A program made the position numbers and the translations under genes. A stretch of 64,000 nt of DNA from Trichodelitschia bisporula (lineage: Eukaryota): contig ML996709.1 in the NCBI GenBank assembly GCA_010356995.1, positions 262,606 to 326,605 on the forward strand, in the 5' to 3' direction. Positions 47,281-58,455 of this stretch are shown piece by piece (position 1 is the first letter of the stretch; every line of letters starts with the position of its first letter). Under the pieces are notes generated by a model. It did not search any database. It was not told the origin of the DNA and saw only the letters and a program-made list of their open reading frames with translations.

Positions 47281-50009
47281 TCAGCCCGTCGTCCGCACAA
47301 ACAAATACCCCACCCGCTCCTGCTCCCGCAGCGCCTCAAGCAGCACCGCATCCTCAATCAAGCTAGCAACCTCCTCCTCGCCGCGCGCATGCTTCGCGTC
47401 CACATGCGCATACTTCATCAACTCCGTGACACCCTCCGTACCATTCGCAGCCCGCTTCTCTGCTGCCATCTCGCGCAGCCGCCGCTCCTGCCACTCCATA
47501 TCAACCTGCGACGCCGACAGCAACGTGCCGATTTCCGGCAGCGACTCCGTATCCGTCACCTCCACGTCCACGACAGGCTCGTTCAGTTCGCCGCGCCCGC
47601 CGCACGAGCACCCCAGGAGATCGTGCGTCTGACACGACTCCCCGAGGTCAAGACGAAATAAGTCCCGCAGCTCGTCGCGCGTAAAAGCCTGCGACGTCTT
47701 CTTGGAGTCAACGACCGCGTCCGCGAGGCCCATTTTGGTTACTTGTCGTTGGAAGATTTTCTCGTCCAGCGCGCCCTTGATCAGCAGCGTGTAGATGAAG
47801 CAGGGCCGCGTTTGGCCGTCGCGGTGGATGCGTGCCATGGCCTGCTTATCGGTCGCAGGGTTCCAGTCGACGTCAAAGAGCACGAGCCGCGATGCGCCGA
47901 TGAGGTTGAGCCCGGCGCCGCCTGCGCGTGCGGACAGCAGGAACGCGAAGCAGTCGGCAGGGTCCGCCTTGTTGAAGCGGTCAACAAGGCCTTGGCGCTT
48001 CGTTGGGGGCGTGGTGCCGTCGAGGCGCAGGAAGTGATAGTCCTGGGCTGCGAGGAGAGCGCCGAGCATGTCTAGCGTGGCAGTGTAGTTGGATACGAGG
48101 ACGATTTTCTCGGATGTGGTGGTTCGCAGGCGGTGGAGCAGGGCGTCGACGACGAGGAGCTTGGAGCTGGTGGCAGGTCCGCACTGGAGGAGCTTCGGCG
48201 GCAGCGACTCTAGAAGCGACGTCACAAGGCCTTCTGGCTTATCCTCAGACCTTTTGAGCAGCGATGGGCTGTTGCATAGCTTCTTTAGGATGCTGATGAG
48301 CTGCAGCGACGCTTCGGGCGAGCCGAGCACCGAGCCGAACATCGGCGAGTCGAGGACCGCCTGGTAGATAGCTGCCTGGGCCGCAGTCGGGTGGCAGAAG
48401 AGCACCGTCTCCGTCTTCGGTGGCAGGTACTTTGAGATGACGTCGGCCGTGCGCCGCAGAATGAACAGCCCGGTTAGTCGCGCAAGCTCCTGACTGCGCG
48501 CCTCGCCCTTCTCCACTTCATTGACTCCGGCTTCGGGCTGCCGGCTGCGCACGATCGGGTCCTCGAACTCGCGCTTGAACACCGTATACTTGCCGAGTAA
48601 GCCTGGGTTGACGACATCGACCATGGCAAAGAACTCGCTGAGATCGTTTTGAAGCGGCGTGCCTGACAGGATAATACGTCGCTCTGTGGCAAACGACTTG
48701 ATGGCGAGGGCGGCCTTGTTGCGCGCCGTCTTAAGCCGATGGCCCTCGTCAGCGATGATGATGTCTATGGCGTCGTACTTTTGCAGGTCCTCGTACATGC
48801 TCCGCAGCTTCTCGTAGCCGACAATCATGATGCTGTACGCTTTGCCACGGGTGAAGTCTGTAAGTCGGTTCTTGTCATCCGCTACGAAGACGCCGATGCG
48901 GTCGGTGCCGAGCCACTTTTTGAACTCCTTGCGCCAGTTGTTGATGAGCGTCACCGGGCACACGATGAGCGCCTTGCGGATGACGGGCTTGCTGCCGGCG
49001 ATGGGGTTCTGCTTGAGGAGTGTCCAGAGAAGAGCGATCGTTTGGAGCGTTTTGCCCAAGCCCATGTCGTCAGCTAGGATGGCGCCCAGACCGTCCGACA
49101 TTGCCATGCCCATGACGCACTCGTACATGAACTTTACTCCTTCGCGCTGGTGCTCGCGGAGATGCTTGCTGAGAAATGGGTCGACCACCACGTCGACGAT
49201 CTGCTTGCCTTTAGGGGGGTCGGGGCGCCGCATCACCAAAGCGCCGGGGGCGTCGGGGTCGTGGCGCAGCTGAGGTTTTGGGACCGATGTCGGGGGTTTC
49301 TGCGCGGGGCGGGTCATGAGAGGCGTCTGGAACTTCTTGCCAGCGAGTGGTATTTTGGGTGCTACTTCCGTTCCGCTTGTCTGAGGGTTCTTCTTCACAT
49401 CCGTTTGGATGGGGATGACGACTTTACGCCCTTGAGGTTCCTCCGGTTCGGCCTTTATCGGAACCTCCGTCCTAAGGAAGGGTCGTCCAGCCATAAAATC
49501 GGCCTTGGAGATGACGCTGTCCACTTCCACCTCTTTGCCACCAACCGAAAGTGTCGATCCGGGCAGCAGCGAACTCTTCCACAACACGCGGCCCATATGG
49601 CGCCCATCGACATCCTGCAGCGTCGCATAGCCGCATGAGACGGACAGAACACCGTCTCCATCCCAAGTCTTGTGCTTCTTGAGCGTGTACTTGCGCCTGG
49701 CGGTCAGCGGAGGAACGCAATGGGGCGAACCACTCACCACAGCACGTTGTAATAGCCCTCCGGTGCGCTTTCAGGCGGCTTATCTGCGGTCGATCCAATG
49801 GGTAGTGGCTGGAGCGGCTGCAGCGGCTTGCGCGGAGGGAGAAAGGTCTTTTTAGCAGATGGCTTGGAGGGTAACGCGGAGGCTTTGGCGGCTGCTAGTG
49901 TGTCATTGTCGTCAGAACTCGTACGACGGCGCTTTGTGGGTTGCATTGGTAGGTTCTCCGTAGTAGGGTCGCTCCGCTTACGAATGAACGGCGGCTTGAA
50001 GGGCTTCAT
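47281..50009 (-). CDS. RDH54: SNF2-family DNA translocase Rdh54/Rad54B
   Basis: ATG 50009 (MKPFKPP); intron 49697-49737 gives [21 protein letters not shown]; motifs ILADDMGLGKT, DEGH, LSGTPLQNDLSEF, LRLDG, GLNLIGASRL and QAMARIHRDGQ. Confidence 0.9.
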
Positions 50010-50065
50010 GATGGTGATGTTGCGTGGGATGTGATGTTGCGTGGGATGTGATGTTGGACCGTCAG

Positions 50066-50090
50066 ACGCGTCGTTCCGCATTGTTTCGCG
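50066..50090. promoter_or_regulatory. MCB (ACGCGT) and CGCGAAA elements upstream of RDH54
   Basis: ACGCGT at 50066-50071 and CGCGAAA (minus strand) at 50084-50090, 57-81 nt upstream of the ATG; typical of MBF-regulated DNA repair genes. Confidence 0.5.
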
Positions 50091-50852
50091 CTACCCCGAA
50101 TGAAGAAGTAATATCTCACTTGACTGCAGAATTGGTGCGCTTTAGCAGCAAGAACTTATTTGCAGAGGCTTGGCGTCGTCGGGCATTCATGTGACAGCGC
50201 GACCAAAGTCGGGGGCTAGTCCAGAAACGGGACGGCAAGTTTAATGATGCGTCTTTGCGCATCGCCAACTTTTCCTCATCATCTCCGCTTCAACATCAGC
50301 AAGCTCAATCTACCGACCGCAATTTCGTGCTCACAAAATACCCCTTTCATACGTGCGGCTACACCCGACACCAGCACCACGTACTCATCATGCCATCGGT
50401 GCACCGGTCACAGTGGCGAGTAGTCCCTGATAGATAGGTTCTCCGCGTACGGTACGGTACCGTAGAGTCATCTATCACCATGTTTTCTCTCTCTATGTCT
50501 CCCTGAGAGGTTCAAACTCGGGGAAATAGTATTCCGGTTGTAACAACTTACTTTTAGTTCACCTGCCAGCTTCCCCGGACATCCCCCCTCTTCAACTCTT
50601 CAAACCAGTTTGACCTCCGTTTCCCTTCTGTCACGCCTTCCTTCGCACGCCCCACAGTCACCAAAGGCACGAAGACATCTCCAGCACTACAACAATAATC
50701 AGTACAAACCCCGTCCTCAATGCATCCTCCTGACTCCATTATCTCCGACCACTCTTCATCCAATGCTCGGTTTTCTCGATTTCCAGTCCTACGACCGCGA
50801 CAAAGCCAAACACTCTCCTCAACAAAGCCTACTCCTTCCTGAAGACAACGTC

Positions 50853-51977
50853 ATGACCTCTTGCCCTTCTAAGAAGCGCGAACAACCTGAAGATGACGTT
50901 ATGACGTCTTGCCCTTCCAAGAAACTGGCACGGCTTGAAAACGACCTCACGACCTCTAGCCCTTGCAAGACGTCGAAACTGCTGATACGGCATCCATCCC
51001 TCTGGGATGAAAAAACCCTCCACTACCTCGATATCTCCATCCACCCATATCCGCCCGATAGCCCGGTTTCCGGCGGGAGCGAAGATTCGCAGCCAGCCAG
51101 CAGTCCGGATTCCAACGTGAGCGAAGATTCGCAGCTCACGTTCAGCGGACGTCTGGGCGATCCGGTTTCTGTAAAGAGCGAACGTGCAGTGTCAGTCTTG
51201 TTAGACGACTTGGAGTTCGTTGCCAGCGACGACGAGATTACTCCATACGACACGGAACCGACGATCTTTGACGACGATCTGCTCACAGCATTCCGACGGG
51301 AGTTTACAAAGCAGCACGAGGTTCCTTCACCTAATGAGTGCAAGCAAATCATCATCGAATACTGGCGTTTTTACGAGGTGTGCAACCCCAGTTACATGGA
51401 TGAAACGGATTCTGTTACCGCGGAATAGTTCACGTATATCCTTGGTGCGCTTTTCCCGAAGAATACTCGTATGTTCTACATTGAATCCCCGTACGAACCA
51501 CTGATGAACTGCGGATGCTTTGCTCTAAAGCTAAGGATTCCCGGCAACAGCCAGACAGCATACTGGAATCCGAGGAGTGCCCTTTTCTTAGCGCAGCCGG
51601 ACCTGGGAACTTGGGACCTAAGAACTTGGGACCTTCGTATTCCTGTTCTTGCCGTCGTTCGTGCACGCAAACCGTCTCCGGCCTGCGCGGAGGAGGTTGC
51701 CTGCCTCCTATCAATTGCTCAGACCTACTACGAGCGCGACCAGATGGACGATCCTACGGGAACTGGGAGACCATTTACAGTCGTTACGGCGAGAGGAACA
51801 CGCGTTAGCTTCCTAGAGGCGACTTTGACCAAACGTTGTGTTGAGGAGGCACTAATGGAAGAGAAAAATTGCGCCCTGGAAATCACATGCAGTGCTTGGA
51901 TCTCAATGACGGATACGAGGGACCGAGAGGAAGCCACAAAAATGTTAGCGCAGGTAGCTAGGCGGATGCTGCATTGA
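50853..51977 (+). pseudogene. Family A copy 2, interrupted by a single in-frame TAG
   Basis: One frame from MTSCPSKK through HPSLWDEKTLHYLDI to ARRMLH*; the only lesion seen is TAG 51426-51428. Three 16-aa N-terminal repeats. Confidence 0.7.
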
Positions 51978-53094
51978 TACTCTGCTCACCATGCGTGATG
52001 GCAATCAGGGATCCCCTTTTTTGGAATCATGGCGAGAGGGCGTTTTAGTTATCATGATATATTACGGTAGCCCTTTAACCGAAATGGTTTGAAGTCACAC
52101 TCTGCAGAATGCTCATATGCCCGTTTCTCTATCTTTTCTATTTTGCCAAACCCCACGAAGCAAACTCCTTTTCACCGACGCAAAAGAAAGGAGCAAGGGA
52201 TAAGGATACTTTTTAGCATCGTGCAAATAAGACTCGAGGGTCTCCCTCTATCTCCCATTCCAATCTTCAGTTCACACAGTTGTCGTTGTACGTGTTAGAG
52301 CTCTGCTCGCATCACCCTCTTCCGAGCTTGCCTTCTAAAGCACCAAACTTGTATAGGAGCCTCCGCGCCGGTGGCATAGTAGCAATCAAGCGTATCCTGA
52401 AAGAGAAACGCATCGCAGATACTTGGATCTTTTGGACGACCCTTGGGGACTCGCTTTTAGAGCCAGCACCTGAGAGGAGTTCGGGTCAAATTGGCTTAAC
52501 AAATGGGCATGTCGAGAGAAGCTGTCAGGCTCCATCCCGAGCGACTCCCATCAATGACGTACTCGCTTACAGCGCGGTGACGGGCAGGCACGTAGCGTAG
52601 AGCCATAGGCCCCTACTACTACGGTAGAGGTAATGGTGGCTGCCCCAGGGCACGGGGGAGGACTACTGGTCTAGGCGGAAACTGTGGGTGCGTCTGTGCC
52701 TGCGTCCTTCCCGGATCGTAGGAGCCCCCACACAGAAGGAGGAACAGGGCACCAATTGAAGGTATCGGAGACAGGATCTTTTGGGTACATTTAACTCCTG
52801 GGAAGGGCTTCCGCGAGCATCTCTTCGTCCATCCTCCCAACCCTCCACCAAACTGTATTTGCACCCGCTTCCCACATACGCTCCGTCGTCCGGATTGATT
52901 TCACCTGCCACTCCTAGGGTCCTGTCATTGTGAGTTTCAACCCCACTCTCCTACTCGCCCATCACCGGTACTGCGTTGCGTCAGTCCCAAGGTGTCAGGG
53001 TCCAGAGCTCAGCGGAGTAAATAGTCACCACAGGCAGCAGGACATCTTCAGCACAACAAAAACAACCAACCTACTCCTCCCTGAAGAAAACGCC

Positions 53095-54090
53095 ATGACC
53101 ATTTGCCCATCCAAGAAGCCGGAACGGCTGATACAGCATCCATCACGCTGGGATTCCGGAACCCTCATCCACCTCGGCATCTCCTTCATCTCCACTAGCC
53201 AACATCCGTACGACAGTTTGGATTCCGACCTGAGCGAATCCTAACCGGGCTTGATCATCTCCGCCAGCCAACGTCCGGCCGTCGATCCGGTTTCGGTACA
53301 GAGCGAAGTGTCAGACTTGTTAGGCAAGTTGGACTTCGTTGCCAGCGACCTCGCGATCAATCAATACGAAGTCGAAGAGATAGATTTTGACTTCGATCCT
53401 TGCAACTCACGAACCCCGTTATACCGGTGGCAGCACGCGGTTCCTTCACCTAACCGCTGCAAGGAACTGACCATCGAGTACTGGTATTCTTGAGAGAAGT
53501 GCGGCATCTCTGACGATGATGATAAGGATAGCGCTGTCGCGAAATGCTTTACCTACATCCTTGGTGCGCTTTTCCCGCAGCATACTCGCATGTTCTTTGT
53601 TGAATCCGCGTACGGGCCACTGACGAACGACGGGCACTTTGCTCTAGAATTAAAGACTAACCGCACCGACAGCAGCCGAAAAGAATACTGGAATCCGAAG
53701 GGTGCCCTTTTCTCCGGGCTGCCGGATCCAGGAATTTGGAACCTTCGTAGGCTTGTTCTTGCCGTTGTTCGAGCACGTAACCCGTCTCCGGGCTGCGAGG
53801 AGGAGGTTACTCATCTCCTATCGATTGCTCAGACCTACTACGATCAGATGGACGACCCTACGAGTATGGGAACCGAGAGACCATTTGCAGTCGTTATGGC
53901 GAGGGGAACACGCGTTGGCTTCCTTGAGGCGACTTTAACCAAACGTTGTGGGGAGGAGGCACTGATGGAAGAGAAGTGTGGCTTACAAATCATTCGCTCT
54001 CCTTGGCTCTCAATGGCGCGTATGGACGATCGAAAGGAAGCGGCGAGAAAGTTGGCGGAGGTGGCTAAGCGGATGCTGTGTTACGAGTAG
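53095..54090 (+). pseudogene. Family A copy 3 (tandem duplicate of copy 2), two in-frame stops
   Basis: Colinear with copy 2 at DNA and protein level; TAA 53242-53244 and TGA 53491-53493; no frameshift. Confidence 0.7.
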
Positions 54091-54969
54091 TTAATGACCG
54101 GCACCCACCGCTCGGCCCTGGCGGCATTCGTCAGTAGCCATCGCGCTCGGCTCATGTCCGGACGGATATCTGTGTGTGGTGGCGTACTGGAGCTACGGTA
54201 GCGTTAACGATCCGATGCGGGGGCACGGGCGCGGGCCGGCCCGTGGGAAGCCAGGGGGCCGCGGAATGCCCGATGGCAAAGCGATGTGTTCCCAGCCGGT
54301 CGGTTCATTATGCTTGGCGATTTCGTGACAGCTGAGCGCTTTGGATGGGTCAAAATAATACGTCAACCACTACGGAGTACTACCTCCGTATTTGTACATC
54401 TGAACGATAGAACGTAACCCTTCCGCCTGTGCTGCAGTTCTTTGATATGAGGTCGCGTCCCTGATAACATATCGCTGCATATCCTGCGGAAGTCGTATGA
54501 GCAACTTCAACTCTGAGGACGAAGACGTAGGACAAGTACATACGCTTCAAGGCTGAACGATTGGCGATGACTGCGGTACCGTGCAATAATACGGACGGTA
54601 GACTCTCACCCATTCCATCCTCTCCAACAAGGTGAGGCGCGTTCAGGTGACACTGTGTCACGCGTTGTCATTGGCACCTCCGCGATGGGGTCCAGGTGTG
54701 TCGGGCCTGGCACGCCTCGCCCGTCTTTCACCGGTCACCGCCAACTCTTCGACTTCCTCCACCTGTCAACAACACTTTTCAACTTTCTGATGCGTCACAA
54801 TCCCTAAAGACCCCATTTGGGAACTTATTCTCTCTTATGAGCGTCAGATTCGTTCGGTAACATTTGAGAACCTCCGCACTCGAAGAGCTGAAGCCGCTGC
54901 ACTGAAGCCGTTGAACTCCTCGTCGACTTGTCGTGTTCTCCGTCGGGCTGCTAGCCCACCCTTCCCATC

Positions 54970-56587
54970 ATGGATTATTCATGGGACCAATACGAGGACA
55001 TGGACGACGCGTCTTTCGCGCTCGCTTTGCAGATGGAAGAAATTGAGAACGGCCGCAAGGACGCGGACAACGAGTCCCTCATCGACGCCTTTGAAGCTGA
55101 GATCCAGAATGTGCTGTCCAAGAAGCGTGCACGCAGCATTGCCCGCTCCCCCGCCCTCGCAAATCCCAGGTGACACTCCTTGATACTCTTTTGCTTGCAC
55201 TGAGCTGACCTTTCTATAGCACAGACTGGGATCTGATCGAACTGTCGTCGTCGTCAGAGAGCGAAGACGACATAGAAATGTGGGAGGAGATGCCCGAATA
55301 TTTCTCAAAAGAACCCGTCGACCCCTCCGGCCCTTCTACAATCCCACCTGGTCAAGACAACGTCGACCCCTCCGGCCCTTCTACAAGCGCACCTGATCAA
55401 GACGACGTCGCGCCTCAAAGTGTGGAGAAGCTGCCGGAAAAGCTCACCTGTTCGGTGTGCTTTGAGAGCCACCCTTCCTCGCAGATTGCTCACTTAGCGT
55501 GCACGCACCAATACTGTTTCGAGTGCTTGAAAGACCTTTTTCTGCGTGCTACCAAGGACGAGTCCCTCTGCCCGCCGAGGTGTTGCAAGACGGTCATTTC
55601 CGTTAACTTGATAACTCCGCACCTCTCAGTGGAGGAACTCGAGACTTACAAGAGTTCTGAGCTCGAGTTCTCCACCAATGACAGGACCTACTGCTACAAT
55701 TGCAAACGCTTCATCCCCCCAACCAATATCAAAGCGGGCAAAGACGGGGTGCACTGCTCGACTTGCTGGCAAAAGACCTGCGTCTTCTGCAAAAATGCTT
55801 TTCATACCGGCGGTTGTCCCGAAGATCCTGCCCTTCGGCGCACACTGAAGCTCGCGGAGCAGAAGGGCTGGCAGCGCTGCAAAAGGTGCAAATCGATGGT
55901 AGCACGAGAGACGTAGGTATCCACATGTCGCTGAAGATCATTGCTGACTCGCCAGGGGCTGCCTCCACATTACGTACGCTCTTCCACCTATTGACATTCC
56001 TGATTAACCCGGCTAACCCGCGCAGCTGCACTTGCGGCTTCAATTGGTGCTACTGCTGCCAGAAGCGGTGGCAGACATGCCGGTGCACTGAGGCGACTCT
56101 TCGGGCGCTGAAGAGAAAACGCATCGCAGACTCGAAGCGCCACGCTCTCGCCGACGGGGAGCCAGTAGAAATCTCAAAGCCCCGCAAACCCGCCCCGAAG
56201 AAGAAGAAGAAGCGTACGACAGCGGTTTCGGAAGCAGGCCCGTCATCAGCAGCCCCTCGCGTTCCGCCCGCGCCATCTGGCCTCATGACACCGATCTCGT
56301 GCATATCGGCTTCTGTGGCCACCGAAGCTACCCTGAGAGGCGAGCTGCTGAGCTGGGTCGAAACCACGGCTAGCCGGTTGTCGCAGGAGGTGGCGGACCG
56401 AGTTTCTGCAGAGCGCGGATCGCCCGAGCTGGTCTTCCTTGGATCGAATCCGCGGACCGGTGCGGGGTCTGCGCTTCGAGGTCAGGGCTCGAGTGTTCGT
56501 CCTTACGAGTTCGTCGAGGACGACACGATCGATCTGGAGGCTATGAGTCCTCCGGCGAAGCGCCGGCGCGAATCGAGCCGTGCGTGA
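54970..56587 (+). CDS. RBR E3 ubiquitin ligase, copy 2
   Basis: Introns 55170-55219, 55913-55955 and 55974-56025; MDDASFALALQ N-terminus, CSVC...CTHQYCFEC...PPRCC, RTYCYNC, CKRC...ETGCLHITCTCGFNWCYCC; basic NLS-like tail PKKKKKR. Confidence 0.88.
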
Positions 56588-57311
56588 GAGTGTTCTATTT
56601 TGTGGCGTGCGGATGACGATTGGAAACGAGGCAGTGTGATGTGGCGGTGTTCCGCTGGTCGGAGGCTGGTTTTCTTTTGTACTCTGCAATGCATGTGATT
56701 ATGATAGAAACATCTTATGACTGCATTTATCGCTTGAAGTTGCGCTGAAGTGCTGATGGGAGCCAAAGGAACACCCGACACCACTGCAATGCAGGCCTTG
56801 CTCGAGTTTGCAAGCGGTCCGCGACAGTGCTCAAATAACTCATGTTTGAAAGCTTCTGTCGATGCTAATGATCATCCTCCGTCGAAACCACCGGGGGAAT
56901 CCGCCAGCTTTGTGTTCCATTGTAGGGTGACTCGCTGCACGCTGCCGTTAAGTCACTATGTTAAGCCCTTTGATCCCCATCTAATTCCAGAGACACAGCT
57001 GACAAGAGAAGTAACAGGACCCGGAAATAAAAGCCTATTGTTCACCTTGGTGTCTCGCACTTTGTCCACGCTGTTAGAAAGCCAGACAACTATTATTGGG
57101 AGGTGCATAAAAGCGAGGCTGCAGCTGGCCTTTCTATCTCCTCTACCACAACACATCTTCTTGCGCACATCATCCATTGCCGAGAAGTATCTGATTTCGA
57201 CGCACTAGGATACGAAAGTTGGACCGATTCCTTACAGCGCACCTCCGGCTCCCGCACTTCTAACTCATCAAGCAACATGGCGTGGCAATAACGTATTTAT
57301 TTGGGTTTTGG

Positions 57312-58114
57312 TTACGCTTCTCCAAGGCTCCGCCTTTGCATCTCCTTGCATCTCTCCACCATCTCCAAATAAAACTCCATGTGCTCTTGATGATGCTCCA
57401 TCTCTCGTCGATGACGCTCCGTCTTCTTCCGATACTGCTCTAGCTGTATCTTTGGCCTGTCGCGTTCCAACTGCCGGTCCCTCGCCGTGTTCCATACAAG
57501 GCGCCGGTTAACATCGTCATTCGCCGGCCCCTCGTCTGGCTTCTCCAGACTCCCGGTCCAGTCTACCTCATGAGCCCAGTTATGCTCATCCTGCTCCAGA
57601 CGGTGCTGTTTCCGCTTCAAGTCGACACGCTCCCGCTCCAGACCCCGACGCTCCAACTCCACAGTCGAGCGGTTCTCCTTTTGCTGTAATCCGCCCCGGT
57701 ATCCTGCCCCGCCGGCTCGAGGTGTACGTCATCCTCCTGCTCCTTCCGCTCGGGTCCCTTACCACTCCACCCCAGCTCCACCCGCGCACTCTGTTCCCGA
57801 TCCCTTGCCGACTCCTGCGGCATCCGCAACCATTCGTCCTGCGCCTGCTTCCCTTAACGGCGTCTTTTCAAGCTCTCAGGATCTTCCCGGTCCCAGGTGT
57901 GTGTGGAAGGCTGAACGGACGAGTTCGCATAAATTGAGCTCGATACGGTGGACCGGAGTGGAATGTTAAGGGCCTCATCGAGAAACCGGCTCTCATCGTC
58001 GGTAGACCCGTCTGTGGCCCCATCTGAGACGGGGGATGACTGACCGGGGCGGTCACCTCGCCGCTGAAGGGGAACTAGAGTGTTCAATTCGAGTTGAACT
58101 TGTTCTGTAGCCAT
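57312..58114 (-). pseudogene. Family C copy 3, disrupted
   Basis: MATEQVQLELNTLVPLQR...FLDEALNIPLRST; TAA 57854-57856 and a frameshift near 57680; the C-terminal coil LEQDEHNW...HQEHMEFY aligns with copy 1. Confidence 0.65.
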
Positions 58115-58455
58115 GAGTCTGAGAATAAATGCGTCTGTTGAATTTGTGGAAAGGCGAGAAGATGGCGAAATTTAGAAGATGGACAATCCCTCGGCAATGA
58201 GGCGCAGTTGCTGTGGCCATGGGGGGGGTGTGTTTACTCTGCTCACCTAGACCGGGATGTGCTGGGGCTGTGGGGTCGATCGAGGATCATGATTCGGGTG
58301 CCGAGTACTCCACATATACAGGCCGTCCGCTGGCGGGGATGGCGCACTAGGCTTGTCTAGATAAGTTCCGCATACTGTGTATTAGAAGTCAAGTATTTCA
58401 ATATAAGTCTCTCCTAGTGCAAGCCTTTGAAATATCTTGGTGCTAGCGATACCTC

